Shown: positions 20,569-35,500, counted from the whole stretch's first letter. The stretch is DNA of 63,862 nucleotides, filler included, from Lenisia limosa (GCA_001655205.1; 15 parts of 15 records of this genome joined end to end with filler, not necessarily neighbours in it), one strand, 5' to 3'. Notes: a model not told the origin generated them from the sequence alone. Program-made: numbers and translations.

Positions 20569-23423
20569 ATGCCAGTTGTTCCATTAAGGATCGCTGCTAA
20601 ACGTGATCCCCCCACCATTGCCATTGAATATACAAGAAGTAAGATCACGGAAACCTGCATCTCCTTGCTAATTCTTCAGACTGTGGCAGGGTTGTGAGGC
20701 GGCGTAAGTTCCTTCTTGAGCCCTTTATTACTCGTGTGTCTGATGCAAGTGGGGGGGGGGGGGGGNNNNNNNNNNNNNNNNNNNNNNNNNNNNNNNNNNN
20801 NNNNNNNNNNNNNNNNNNNNNNNNNNNNNNNNNNNNNNNNNNNNNNNNNNNNNNNNNNNNNNNNNNNNNNNNNNNNNNNNNNNNNNNNNNNNNNNNNNNN
20901 NNNNNNNNNNATTCTGTGTGGTAGTTCCTCCAAGAGTTATTCTTTGTTTTTTGTTTGGTTTTTGTGTTGCTTTTTCCCTCTAGCCTGATCCTCCTTGGTG
21001 TTGTTATCTGGGGCATTTCCTTCATTAACCATAAATTCACCCAGCCAAGGACTGGCTTGGCTTTATTTGTTTGTTGTTTTCAAACCGTCGTGTGTTTCAT
21101 ATTCACATAGGCTATTTTTTTTATTATTAATTCTGCCCCTTCCTAGAATCTGTTGCGGCATCTGTTTCAACGACGTTCTCTGAGTGGCTTGGACCAGCTG
21201 TTTTGACAAAACAAATTGTTGGGGGGGGGGGCAATATTAACTTAGATGTTGAATTCGTTGTACACTTTGTTATCCGTTAATGCTGACAATTTATGGAAGC
21301 CTATTTTTTATTATTGTTTTTTTTTTTTGTCCAGGGATTTGTTCAGCCTAATGCTTTGATTTAATTTTACTGAGTCTCATTATGCAGCTTGAACGCGTAA
21401 TCCAGCAAGCGCTTCCTTTCCCCCAAAGCCCCGAACCTGAAGAGGTCTGTTATTTGTTGCATTTATTTTTATTTTTTTGATCATTTTACTTTTTTTTTTT
21501 TTTTACTCAATAGGAAGAAGAGCCTGTGGACAATGATATGGTAGGAAAGATGCTGTGTTTGGCTGCAAATGGGTGGACTCTTTTCTAGTCAATGAACTAC
21601 TATCCTCACCGCACAGATTTATGGTGACTTGAACAAAGCCTCAGATGCTGAACTTTCCAAAGCAAAAGAAAGTATGGAAAAGGACTTCTCTAAAAACGCC
21701 GTGTCGCAAGACGATCCCAACTACATCTATGATAAGCAGGTAGGCGTTTAAAACCTCCCCTCGCAACCGTTTCTGTCCTGAAAATGACAGATTATCAACT
21801 TCAAGCCCTACCTTCATCATAACCAAACACACCTTGTAGGTGGAGTTCAAGACCACCGCTGTATCCGAATGGGACAGTGAAGACGAGTCTTCAGACGATA
21901 ACACTGCCGAAGAAACTCGAAACATGATGAAGAAATCAGCCCTTCCCCCCGCCACCAGCCTTCCTCCCATTTCCAGCAACTCCGCAGTGGTTTTTTCTGA
22001 CGAGGATGATAATGTTGAAGAGCTCGTGACGGCACCTGCTTTCGACAAAGTTGAAAAGCCTACTGCTGCCCCTGTGTTCAATAAGGTCTGAGAAGAACCT
22101 CAGTGTAAGGGAATAACTTCAGGACAAGATCAGTATAATAATAAAATATCATTGTATGGATATTTAGTACAAACTATTTTAGTTAAATTATGTTCATAAA
22201 AGTGTGATATTAATAGCTTATTTATGCTTGACATGTCTTCCCAGCCTCCAACTGTCACGCCGTCCCACCCTGCCCCTTCACATAACACACTGGTTTTCTC
22301 AGACGAAGATGACAGTTTCAACAACNNNNNNNNNNNNNNNNNNNNNNNNNNNNNNNNNNNNNNNNNNNNNNNNNNNNNNNNNNNNNNNNNNNNNNNNNNN
22401 NNNNNNNNNNNNNNNNNNNNNNNNNNNNNNNNNNNNNNNNNNNNNNNNNNNNNNNNNNNNNNNNNNNNNNNNNNNNNNTGATACTCCGCTCACAATCAAG
22501 GACTCTCTCTGACTCAGCCATCAACATCACAAACTGCCCACTCTTCCGCCCTTCACGTCACCGCCCCCGCAGCCCTCACCGAAAGTATGCTCTTCACAGG
22601 ACATTTCACTAAACCTTAACCACCATTGGGTTTAATTACCTTTCCCAGGCACATTTGAAGACAGTCTGAATGGCTCAGACATTGAAGAGGTTGACGAGGT
22701 TGTGGAAGATGTCATTGATGAAGCGGAAGAAGATCTTGATGCATTTTCAGATGAGGGGTATGCTTGTCTTCTTGATGCAAATTCCGAATTGTTTTGGATA
22801 GATAGAGTGTTATCATTTATCCATCCCGTTGGATAGTATCCTATCGTTTGCCAAGTTAAATACTCTTATAGTTTAATCAAAATGAGCGGAACTCTTGCAC
22901 TTCCTTCCCTCGTATTCCTATTGAGCATCTTAGTTCCCGTTACTCACCCCCTCAGATTTGAAGATGATGAAGATGAGCCCCGCCCTCAGTCCACCCTCGC
23001 TGCTGATGCTTTTTCGGGTAAACTTGACAAGCTAGGCGTAAGAGGGCCAATGCTTCACATCTCCTGATTTCTTGAAAAGGAGTTTAAATCATGTTTTCCC
23101 AACTCTTCATTGCATTTGATGACTTTCTATTCCCTATTTCTGTTTATTCTGAACTGTTTACACCACTATCTCCCCATCTTCCTCCATATTTCAAGGCAAC
23201 AGCAATTAATCTTATCCACCTTATTTTTGTTTCTCGTGACCATCAGGCAAACATTCACTTGATTTCAATAACTATTTCGAATATTCCATTTTGCCCTTTT
23301 TAGGTGAGGATTTCGACTTACTTAATAACTATTCAGGCTGATGCTCCTCTGGCCTTTTCGGATGACGATATCAGTGATGGCGGTTTTGCCCAGGATGATG
23401 TTGACGATGACGATATTTGGTAA
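20569..23423 (+). CDS. CEP19: CEP19-like centriolar/ciliary protein with long acidic C-terminal extension
   Basis: MPVVPLRIAAKRDPPTIAIEYTR..RVVRRRKF..LERVIQQAL..IYGDLNKASDAELSKAKESMEKDFSKNAVSQDDPNYIYDKQVEF matches the CEP19 pattern (PPxIxLxY; DLNKxxDxELxxxKxxMDxxFxKNxxxxxDPxFVYDxxVEF). An Asp/Glu/Ser-rich tail ends DDDDIW* (TAA 23421-23423). The middle exons are uncertain. Confidence 0.8.
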
Positions 23424-23598
23424 TTTAGATGGCATGTTGTATTGTTATGTTGTAGGTTCGAATGTACATTATTTTTTTGGAAGAATCGAGCAATAGTAAA
23501 TACCTTTCAACATGACCCTCATAATAGCAATAATACATCTACAAACGAAACAAATTTACATAATCACTAGAAAAAAATACACGATGAATGCAAACGGG

Positions 23599-25110
23599 CT
23601 AGTCTTCTAGGTCTTCGTCACTTTCATCAAAAGTCTCAATATGCCTGAAGCGATCAAATTAAAGCTGGACAAATCCAACACCCCCAAAAGAACCGATATG
23701 AAGGAGATGGACAAAGTACAAACCTGTAGCTATGCCTATGGGGGTGAAGTGTGGTTTCTCCTCGAGCGGCAGAAGCATGTGGTAAGTGCAGGGCAAGATG
23801 TTGATGCGATCGACTCCTAAAAGAACATCAAAATCTAACCCATCCATAAAGTCCCGAAAACTATTTTTTAGAAAAAACACACACACACAACAAAAAAAAA
23901 ACACAGATTTCTCAATCTCATGAGGACTCCAACATTAACTACCAATGAATACTTATGAGAGACACCGGCGACAAAGAATGTTCCACAAACCTTTTACCGA
24001 GACCTTTACTTGGTGCGGGAGATGGTATTTCACCAACCTCTTCACTAAACAAATGAGACTGGCTGTGACTCTTAGGCACAGACTGTGAATGCAAGTTCAT
24101 CGGAATAATGAGTATATTGTATTTGACAGTTTACAGTAATTTAGTTGATGCTAATATCATATGAGTGATGTAATTTGAGATAAAAAAAAGGGTTTATAAA
24201 GCAGTATGTGTTATGTATAAGTACTTCACACAAGTGTGAATAGAAAACTGTGGCTGAAAGAAAGTAAGGCAAACCTGATCTTTGATCTTGGAGTCTGCGG
24301 AACAACGATGATCTCCTCCTCCTCAACATTACGCGAAACCGGCACGTAGACGGACGCCAACCACGAGTTCATGTGGCTATCATCAACTTCATCATTGGAA
24401 ACTGGCGAGCCACCGGGAGCTGTAATTAGAGCATCGGGCTCAAGCATTCTCTCGAGATGAGACACGTGAGGAGAAGGCGCCACCGCGGTGCTATGCTGCA
24501 CGGATGTGACCATCTGGTCGATGTGGATATTGATGTCTGACGGGCTGGGTGCGCACTGAGGCGCAATTGGCGTTGGGGGCTGCGAGGCTGCGGAGGGTAA
24601 GAAAACTGGACGACAATGCCTGGAATTCCCTACGGTCCCAAAAAAGACTTATCTCGATTAATCGTTGATAAATATCGATATTTGACCGGTCCTTATCGGA
24701 CAGGAAGGAAGCCTTATCCCCCAACCTTCATGGGTGTCCATCATCAGGTTCTGCAGGGAGTGGGTGGAGTGTGCGGGACGGAAGGGTATTTTGCGGCTCG
24801 GCGGAGGGATATGGGGAGACGGTGAGCGCTCCATTGGCACGTGACTGTAGTAAGCTGAGGGGCCGCCACTGGCCGAGGTTGATGCGTAGTGTTCCTGGGG
24901 TGCCTGGGGGGTCAAGGGTGCTTGAGGTTTTGACAAACCAAAACAGAAACAAAGAAAAAAGAGCTTTTCTTTTGAAAAGAACCCTTTGAGACTCACAAAT
25001 CAGGTATTTGCAAAAGAATAACCGAAAGTATTATGTCCATTTCAAAACAAACGTACTTGCAAAGAAGCAGGTTGGAGGGTGGGTGCGTCTCTGGACGGGG
25101 GGAGTTCAGG
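23599..25110 (-). CDS. Hypothetical Pro/Ser-rich protein, 3' part
   Basis: Long exons 24910-24720 (APLTPQAPQEHYASTSASGGPSAYYSHVPMERSPSP...) and 24597-24270 have good GT/AG ends; probable terminal exon HIETFDESDEDLED*. No family recognised. Confidence 0.55.
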
Positions 25111-25449
25111 CTAAAGTGTAAGAATGTTACATTAGGGAGTTCGCACAGGAGAATGTGAAATAAAGCTCAACCATTACTGCTAACGAGTAGTGACCATGGT
25201 TTGAAAGAAATAATCAAATTCCACTCAGAAAATCGATCAAGACACCGTTACTATCCATTAGAGCTTCACTTTCAGGCCCAAACTACAGAGAAAAACTGGA
25301 TATTCGAGATTNNNNNNNNNNNNNNNNNNNNNNNNNNNNNNNNNNNNNNNNNNNNTTAATTAATTAANNNNNNNNNNNNNNNNNNNNNNNNNNNNNNNNN
25401 NNNNNNNNNNNGGGGGGGCTGAACAAGAGATATACATTGGATGATCACT

Positions 25450-26250
25450 AAAAGACTGTAATAACAGCAAAATATAGGGAAGAAAGTGCAATAGAACAAT
25501 AAATCTTTTGAAGATCTGTTGACCAGGGTTGCCAACATTATTGCCCGCTTACAGAGAAGTTCCAGTCAATGGTCACCTCTTTCATGTCAGGGAAGTCTGT
25601 GGGTGGGGTGGCAATGATGTTAAGATTGTACTTGCTCGCATTTTCGGCAAAACTTCCTGCTACCAAGAACAAGACTGCAAATAAAGAAAAGAGCCTCATT
25701 TTCCTTGAGAGTGGGCCCTTTGAACTTTGAACTTTGAACTTTAATGCATCAATAATCTGGGGGTGTATACAACCCAGGAAACAGGAAGTCTCCGATTTGC
25801 ATAAGGGGAGTCACAAAGAAACCACACACAAACCCTCCTTGGGGTTATATAAAACTACAATACAAAAAAAAAACAACAAGACGCTTCATTGCCTCATGGG
25901 CTTTGCGCTGACTCCGTGCTCTCGTTGACCAGCAGACGTATTCACCCAGAAAAATGTGCTCCCACTTCCTCCTGATAACATATTTGTGTTCTAACCCTCA
26001 CAACAGGAGCATTAATGATGAGTTTGTTATCTATCAAGTGGTGGCGATGGGGTTCAATATCTGGTTAGCATTCTTGTCCACACTTTATCCTGTGGTCATA
26101 TTCACACCTGAGGCTGATGGCATCTTCGTTAACGGCGACAAATTTGAGGATAGAGTCATTGGGATGTCCCGGCAGATTACGTATTCTTCGCCAAACAAAT
26201 GCCATTTGTGGGCTTCAGCATGTACTGTTTCAATATTTTTTGTCTTGTAT
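25450..26250 (-). CDS. Hypothetical protein fragment
   Basis: Phase-consistent exons PQMAFVWRRIRNLPGHPNDSILKFVAVNEDAISLR|RKWEHIFLGEYVCWSTRARSQRKAHEAMK|RSFAENASKYNLNIIATPPTDFPDMKEVTIDWNFS. The start is not resolved. Confidence 0.4.
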
Positions 26251-26598
26251 TATTATCTCGCAATTGTTTACATATTATACATGTATATTTATGGTAAATG
26301 GAAAATTAACCCTAATACACTTAAAAACGTAATGGTGTAAATACTTACAAATGCAGATATCTTCTTCACAGTTTCTCATCATTTTTTTGGCATCAAAAAT
26401 CATATGATATCATTTTTTGGGCTTTTTTTAAAACAATGTCGCCCTGAGTTAGAAAATTACATACATCCTTAAAAAGAAAACCCAAACCAAGAACAAGAAA
26501 AACCCATAAAAATGAACATGCAAACCCACAACAATAAACAAAAAATAAACCCATGAACGTGAAGAAAACAACCATTAAGGCTAGGCCTAAGAAGCAGT

Positions 26599-29500
26599 TT
26601 AAAGCATGTTCTGCGGTTGAGGGCCGGGCGGGCGTCTGGTAGGTGGTCCTGGGTTGATTAGGACGCGATTGATGTATTTTTTTTTTAATTAAAAAGTGTG
26701 CAATTGCTACAATAAAGTTTACTATTTTTTATTATTAAAAATAAAAATCAATCGCGACCTTAGTTTAGATTTCTATTCGGACCATCCAATGTTTCACTAT
26801 AATAGTATCTATGATAATCATTAATCGCAACGAATGTAGAAACAATGGATTATTTAATAATCGATAGATTTCGATAAATCCAAGAAATATTTTGAAATTT
26901 TATCGTTATTTAATAATACTAAGCGCTCTCTTCGCTTTCTGGCGTAATCCTTCACTTCGACAACAATTGGGCAAAGTATCATTATTTCGAACAAAGTGAA
27001 AGGCCAAAATAATGAGTCGTAATAGTAGCCAGGCAAACCGCGAGGGGGCATTCTCTTGGGAGGTCCACTCGGAGGCATTCTTCGTGGGGGGCCACTGATG
27101 ATGTGAATATGACTACAACAACGCAATGATGATGCTTAGATGCAGTGAACTATTTACAAGAGAACGTAACCTCCTCCTCATCAACCATGTTTATGTCTTA
27201 CTTTAATGACAAAGTAGAGCCAGGGACGGGTATGATACTTATTTTCTTAACTCTTTCAACATTCCTATAAACCCTACTGGCATTATTCCTTACCAAATTA
27301 AAAACAAACCCAAAAACAAGACAATAATGTTTAACAAACCTCTGAGAAGGCTTGGGAGGGCCAGCTGGCGGGGCTCTTCTTGGGGCCTAAAATAAATAAA
27401 GTGTATGAAATAGAGTTTTCAGTATAATATGTCCGACGCAAATTAATTCCAAATAATTGGACAGATCCCTAGAATAAAGAGAACAGGTTGAGCAATTACC
27501 TGGGGGATGGTAGGGGCAAAAGCGGCCGGGGCAGAGTGCCCTGTGGACTCCTCGTAATCTGAAGTGGCGTAGGCTGTGGCTAACAACAGGTCATAATGTT
27601 GATATTCAAATTATTAATGAGTAGATGGAAACATTACATGCATATGCTGTATAAAGGAAATTCGACTTACTATGCTGATATTTAGAGCAATACTACGTAT
27701 GTTTAGTAAAACGCAGTTAATGAGAAAAGTAATGCTTTCTATTTGTAAATGCTCATGAAAGCTCAAGATATGTTGTGTTGCCGAATTATTGTTCACCTTC
27801 ACAACTTTACATGGCGTGGAAACACCAATTTAGTTTTATGCCCTTTATACTGCCTTGCACTTGGTCCGAAAACAGACAAGACGACGTATCTGCAGACCTT
27901 TGATCATCATAATACCCATATCCCCAGCCCACCACTATTTGAGCTGAGTTCCATAGTTTGGTACTCTTGAGGGCTAGCTGTCTTCTTCTTCTTTTTGAAG
28001 ACTATGAAAACTGCAGCAGCTCCAACAGCAATAACTGCAAGTGCCTGTATGATCAAATAAAGCCGTATCCAATAGGTCAAACGATTGGAGGAGTGTTTGG
28101 TAACATTATGAATTATCTCTACTTATATCTGGCGTAGAGTTAGTCATCATAAATCCAAAATCTGCAGCGGCCCTTTTAACATTATAATACCCACACCCCC
28201 AAATATGAATACTGGCATACTGCGATGCCGATAGCAAGTCCGGAAAAACTGGAAACCGCCTTGATTGGAGCGGAGATAATACCTAAAACTGTCAGAGGTT
28301 AAAGGGAAAGAATAAAAATGAGAACTGTAAAGGCAAGATGAAATGCAAGTGGGAAAAATGTATCTGAATAAAACAACCTTCATCTCTACTGCTAATACAC
28401 ATTTGAAGTGAGAAGCATATTCTTCAATATAATATCATTATCATCATCATCATTATACAAATCATCATTAATATCTCATTATCATTATCAACATCATCAT
28501 CATCACAGTAATTATTATCATCATAATCATCATCACAATAATAATCAGTCATCATCGTCATCACAATAATCATCATCAACATCATTATCATCACAATTAT
28601 CACCACCATCTTTATCACCATCATCACCATCATCATCCCCATCACTATCATCCTAATCATTCATTATCATTATATCATCACAATCATCATCATCATAATC
28701 ATCAACCGAACTATCAGATGAAGAGATGTCATGATCAGTAACAGCAGTAGAAGTGGTTTCATCATCAACAGTATCATCATCATCAACAGTATCATCATCA
28801 TCACTAGTACCACTTCCATCACCAGTACCATCAGAGGTAGAGGCTTCATCAGTTGAAGTAGAAGGAACAACTGGTTCAATGGGGGGGTCTGCCTTTATCT
28901 AAACAAAGTCAACATTCTGAGAGCCTACAACGTACCAATTGTAGTCAATAAGGAAGCTCATTATACATTATAGGATCACCCCCACCTCTATTCCTTACAA
29001 CTTTATAATTACTCACTCCCATTATCATCCCGCCCCTATTCCTCGTCATCCCTCCCCTATTCCTTTCTCTCTTTAACAGCCCACCCCATCGGTCCGAGGT
29101 ACAATATCGAAAATATCGAAAATATCGACCAAATCAGTCTGTTTTCGTACCAAAAGGAAGCACTTCATATGATAGCGGCTACTCTACTCCAGGCATTATC
29201 AAGAATTGGCTTACTTTGAGCAAGAGAGTCTGATAAGGGCCCAGGCTGAATGTGTGCTTATATAATCCTAAAATTATCATACATAGATATTTCCCTTTCA
29301 CCAAGGGCTTCAATGTTTGGGTATTTTGATGATAAAGGGTTGTAGGTATGGGTATTACGCTGATAAAGGGACATAATATCCTACCGCCTGCAGCGAAAAG
29401 GGTTTCAACGTTCTCATCAGTTTCCCAATTTGTGACTACTGCAGCTCCGGACCACTTTAGTTCGGATTGAGCCATAAAAAAGTCTTTTTCAGTGATGGAG

Positions 29501-32500
29501 TTGGTGCGCTAAAGGGATGGTGAACGTGAGGGCTGCAGATAGAGGTAATTATAAAAGGCTACATATGCGGATTTATTCTGATGATCAAAGGAGAAATATG
29601 ACAACATGAAGCACTCCTCCCACATGAACGTTGAACAAGGCGAAAACGTACTCCGGCCCATCTCCATACCGCTCAACGAGGCACTTCTCACATCCCTCAA
29701 TCCAAGCTCCTGCGGGGGGAGTAAAAGAAGTAACGTTTTTGAAGAAGAATATTGGCGTAAAGGGGGGGGGGGGGGANNNNNNNNNNNNNNNNNNNNNNNN
29801 NNNNNNNNNNNNNNNNNNNNNNNNNNNNNNNNNNNNNNNNNNNNNNNNNNNNNNNNNNNNNNNNNNNNNNNNNNNNNNNNNNNNNNNNNNNNNNNNNNNN
29901 NNNNNNNNNNNNNNNNNNNNNNNNNNNNNNNNNNNNNNNNNNNNNNNNNNNNNNNNNNNNNNNNNNNNNNNNNNNNNNNNNNNNNNNNNNNNNNNNNNNN
30001 NNNNNNNNNNNNNNNNNNNNNNNNNNNNNNNNNNNNNNNNNNNNNNNNNNNNNNNNNNNNNNNNNNNNNNNNTGGAAAAGTTGTATTAACAACAAGGACA
30101 ACAAAATAACACGAAATAATAAGGGATTTTGATGAGGGAGTGTGGGAATAAGATGTTGGGAATAAACAGCTGTCCATGGCGTAGGAATACCCTTACCTTG
30201 GTAGAGGTTGTAGCCCAATTTATTCAATGCGAGGTTCTTTGCCTGATACTCCTTCCATAAGTGCTTGTGAGACTCCACAAGGGCAACCTGGTCGAAGTAG
30301 CTGAAACTGTCAAATATGCAATGCGGGATGATAACGGGACTCAATAGAGTAGTTTTATGGCTTATTATTAGGGCTCTGTGCAATTAATTTGAAAATTAAT
30401 TGTTAGATATGAAGTTGGACATATTGTAACAATAACTCCATTTCAGACACTGAAATTTTCAATTTCTCAATTAAATTCTTCAAAAATGAATTGCACAGAG
30501 TCGCCCCCACAACTTAATATGATAAAGGAGAGCCAGAGATTCAGCTACCTCCTCGAACATAATAATACAAACAATAGGCGACTAAAGACGCAGTGAACCG
30601 GCCAGAGGAGCATGCTCGCCCGGCAAAGCATATCAACCAAGTGAGAAATAAAGAGTCGCATATCAACCACGCCAAGAAGATTCACAAGTAAATCTCATGT
30701 CGAGGAGTTTGCTCAGAGGGAATACAGCAGGAATGAACTGAACTTACTCATAAAGTCCTGCGTTAGCTCCATGGACCATGAGGCGGCGCAGATAGGCCTC
30801 AACATCAGCAGCTGTTTGACCTACAGAGACAAATTGATAAAGAGATATTGTCCTTCTCTTATATTGTCCTTTTTATTGAGCCATGTTATTCTGTTCCATA
30901 TCTGAGTTTTCTTCATTTTCCATCTCCTTTCTCCTACGGCATAGGGGCAAAATAATCCAAAAAAACCCATCAGGCTTCCCCAAACGGAGAGTGCATATAG
31001 TTCGGTATTTAAACCCCTTTTCGACCCGGGGGGGGGGGGGGTTCCNNNNNNNNNNNNNNNNNNNNNNNNNNNNNNNNNNNNNNNNNNNNNNNNNNNNNNN
31101 NNNNNNNNNNNNNNNATGGATGCGAGTGAGTAGATTGGGCGACGGTACGCAAAGAGTCGCGCAAATGCCTACGTAGTAAATTGGACGTACCTTACGCTAT
31201 TGTTGTTGGGCATGCTGAGATACACTGAGAATTGTTTCAATATATTCTCAAAAACCCAAAAACCACTGCAAAGGGCTCTGTCCACTTAATTATTTGATCC
31301 AAATGCCAAGAGCATCATTCACCATACATAGTATGTGTATAGATTTCCCTCACAAAATATTATGTTGAAATTGTGAAAAGGAAAAATTAAAGTGTCTCAA
31401 ATAGAGTTTCAGGTATACAATATGTCCAATTTCAAATCGCAAAATGAATTTTCCAATTAATTGGACAGAGGCCTACTGCAAAGCAATAAAAGACCAGAAA
31501 AAGGTAAAACGGATAGTTACCAAACCTGATGATTATCTTCCCAATCAGGTATAGTCATAACTTTCCACATTGTCATCCTTTTGATCATCATTGATCCTCA
31601 TCAAAGTATCCATATCTTCATCCTTTTCATCTTAATGTCCCATATTTACATCCTTTTCTGATCCATATCTGCGGCCCTTTGATTAAATTCTTTTACTATA
31701 ACCTTTGGACATGATAATAGCACTTTTAGCATGAAAATTAGAGCTTACCAGAACCGGAACCGTTTAGAACCGGAACTGGGAGTGAAGCTTTAATGATAAT
31801 AGCCCTTTTAGCACAGAGCTTACACAGTTTTGCCCGCTCACATTATACTCGGGGCTAACCCAATGGGCCATCATTCCGCCGCCCTCAATCCCGAACATGT
31901 CAAAGTACTGGAAGCCCCAGAATCGCTGAAGTGGATAAGTTAAGATTTTGGACATTGATGGAGAGAACTTTGTGAAGCAATTAAAATATGTATCTAGGGC
32001 TACACTATAGACATCTATGATAAAATCTTACTATTACGATAAATTCTTGATATGCTTCGATGAATACTTGATATTTCGATAAATCCTCGATATATTTCCA
32101 TTGTTTTCGGTCACTTTTTGGTCAATTTTCATATGTGTGAAATCATTTCCCGGTCACATCATCATATCACTAGTGGATATGGGTCAAAATAGATATTGAA
32201 CAGCTTACCCCATGAAGTAGAATAGCATTGGTCATATAGGCAGGCTTGGGTACCCGATCCGTGGGAACTTCTCTCTCAACGTCGTCGTAGATCATTTTAG
32301 TGAACTGCAGTGTGAGTCACGTGACATAGAGTGAAGTCATCCAAGTGGCAGAAATGACGATCTGATAATGAAAGCACATCCCCTGCACTGGATTATGACT
32401 GAATACTCTATCATCATGATCTAAAATCGTAATGTAAATCCGGCCCCGTGAAAACTCTGATAAGCGATATGGGCCGAAAAAAATTAATCGAAAGCAAACT

Positions 32501-35500
32501 GAAATCAGAAAAACACTCTCAAAATTGATTATATAATCATATTCCAATTCAATCTTATGTTTATTACATACTCTGCCGTCTCTGAAATTGAGGTGCTTTA
32601 TGCATGGAACGTTTGAGGAAAATCATTTTGTCTTGTTCATCATATTAGATGGAAGCATCAGGAAAAAAGAATTAATAAAATAATAAACAACCGAAGCCGT
32701 CCGCACCATCACGTTTATAATGATTCTTATGATGATAGTACGGAAATTAATTCACGCTATCATTTGCCTGACAATGAACCCCCCCGCCAAATGCTGTCGC
32801 AGTAGTGACTCTTCGTTACTCCAAGAATTTCACCTCTGACATACCACCCCCCGCACCAAATGAGCTGTTGCCTGAAGTTGGACATTGACCCGAAGTGTTT
32901 GAGTATTGAACGACAGAATTCCGTCACAGTGGGCGAAATGATCCCTAGAATGGTGAAAGATATGTTAGAGTAGGTTATGATAGAGATGTTGAAAGTGATT
33001 ATGGAAGAGATTGGCCCCTGGAACATGAGTAAACTGGAATAATATCAGCAAGGCTATAAATGCTGACCCATATCCACTGGTGATATGATCATATGACCGA
33101 CTTTCGAGGCGAAATGATAAACGAAGATAACACGAGTGTTCATCCCGAGTGTATCAGAGTTTCATTAAGACTTGGCGGTCAATTATTACACGAGTGAATA
33201 TGAGGTCATATCACTGTTTGGAAAATGACAGTTCACATGTGTGAAAATGACACAAATCTGTCAAAATCAACGGGGTAATCATAGAATCGTCACATATAGA
33301 CAAAGGAAATCCCAATGTAGCAGTCATACAATGTTTTAATCATCCCATTAGAAAACTCTCATAATTATCGCAAACCTGTCATAATCCTGTTCGAAGCCGT
33401 AGATGTTGTGACTGTCAACGTACTCCCCTCCAAAATCAGGGTATTTGTCGTAGGGCTCCTTCCAGTCCCATCCGCTCCAAGCTAGCTCTGCCTTACTGGT
33501 ATATCCGGTTTTTTTGAGTGTGGGGCTTGCATTCACTGCATAGTTACATGTGTTACATTTATTACATTTCGTTGGAACATTTTATGAAGATTGACAAGTG
33601 TGTTTTAAAACATAATCTGCGGTCATCGAAATAACAAAATTGTAAGCCCTTTGAACATCACAAGCCCATATCATCTGCAAATCACAACTCATATCTTCAA
33701 CACTTTGACCATCACACTCCCCATACCCAGAGGCCGGCCACATTTGCCCAGTGCGCCCTGTTCGCAGTCAGCGAGGCGAGAAACGTAGTTGCCATCGGCG
33801 TCCTTCATGCCGTTGGTGATTGTTGCTCCTTCAAGGGATTAATCATATGTATATGTATACATATCATATAATATAAGAGTGGATCAATATATGATATGTA
33901 TGTACAGTATACACATAAGACTGGATTAATCATCTGTATGTTGTAAATGAGAGAGGGTTATTCATATGTATATTATGACATACAGTAAATGAGTAAGCAG
34001 TAAGTAGTAAGCAGTCAGCATGATGTGTAAAGTTGTGGAAGCTCAGTATGTTTGTGTCATACCAGCTTGTTGCTTTTGGTTTTTCACCTCGCTGTTTTTA
34101 GCCTGGTCTTCCTAAAGGAATATAAGAAAAAACATGAGTACAACTTGAGTATAAGGTCCAAAAAAGCAATGCTCAAACAGTATGTTATCTAACAATGTAC
34201 ACAGATATAATGGATTGACAAAAATAAAATAGAAATGTAATATAAATAAATGTAATACTGTAGACTCTCACCAAAAGCGCTTCGAAAGCACCTGCCACGT
34301 CATTGGTTGAGTCAGCATCCAGGATGATCCACGTACTCCAGGGTTCAGCGACGTAGCGCGTAGTTCGATGCGCGCCATATCCTATGTGAGCGTTACCCCA
34401 TGGTGACATTACGGTTTATATAAAAATGTATATCTTAGGTAGAAATAGAGAAAAAGAAGTATCAAGCAGAGGCCGTCCACACCATCACGTTTATAAGTGT
34501 TCTAACGACTATAGTTAGTTCAGCGGGTAATGTATAGCTTTAGTAGCACCAGTAGAAAAATTGAAGAACCAACGCTCCCCCTCCCCCCGATATTTTAGAT
34601 GCTTCGGTTTGTAATTAATAACATTTCGCCAATTACCTTTCTCAAATTTCTTTTTTTAATTACTACCCCCCCTCCCAACCAAGATACTCATCTGCTCTCC
34701 ATGAAGATCCTTGGTCAACGCTAAATGTGGTCAGTAAGGCAGAAAACAACAAATCAGCAAACCCCATCCGAAGGTAGCTTCGGAGTTCCGGTCCCATCGC
34801 TTTAGCTTCATCCTCTGTCACTCCCCAGAGGCCTTCCTAACATGGTAAGCAGCAGTACTAGACTAAAGGCCTTCCTAATGTCATATCATATGACAGACAA
34901 TCATCACTAGCACCGGTAAAATACAAGATTAGAAGCCCCACTTCGTCGTAAGAAAGGCGGTGGTGGAACGCTTCAGGGTACCTGTTGTGTGAGAAAGAAG
35001 GGTGTATTGTATCAGAAAACACTTACAATGACGAAGAATATCACTGTTTCGTTAGCATCTCATTTATCGTGGCCTTCCCTTCGATCCGAAAAACACTGAG
35101 AAAATATCGAGGATTTACCAAGAAATTCAGCCTATGTTCGGACCGAAGTGAAGCCCTGATCAAACTATACATATTAATCTAGCTACACCACACACAGAGA
35201 TAACTACATCATATCGACAAACACTGAGACTTCACTTTATGAAGCATATTTTCCCTTGGTTTATCTGTCAGAAATGAACCTCAAAAATATCACAATATCG
35301 ATATGTATTTCGACGATATTGAAAACAATCTGACTTTGTTCAAACTTATGTAATATGACCCCCCATGTAATATGACCCTCCACAAACACTTGAGCAAAGA
35401 CCTCGGCGCTCTTTCGGGTGATCAAAGTTGCGGACGAATGTGTGAGCGCAGTGGGAGATAGCCCAGGCTGGTATTCTTGGGCATTCACGAAGCCCTTAAT

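Noticed and set aside
20342-20584. 80-aa minus-strand ORF
   Set aside because: Overlaps the CEP19 start and divergent promoter; no recognisable motif and no support beyond chance.
25954-26340. 128-aa plus-strand hydrophobic ORF
   Set aside because: The minus strand has better splice signals and host-like codon usage; the tail is AT-rich intron-like sequence.
28424-28879. Met-rich ORFs
   Set aside because: Translations of an (ATC)n microsatellite and off-frame reading of the stalk exon.
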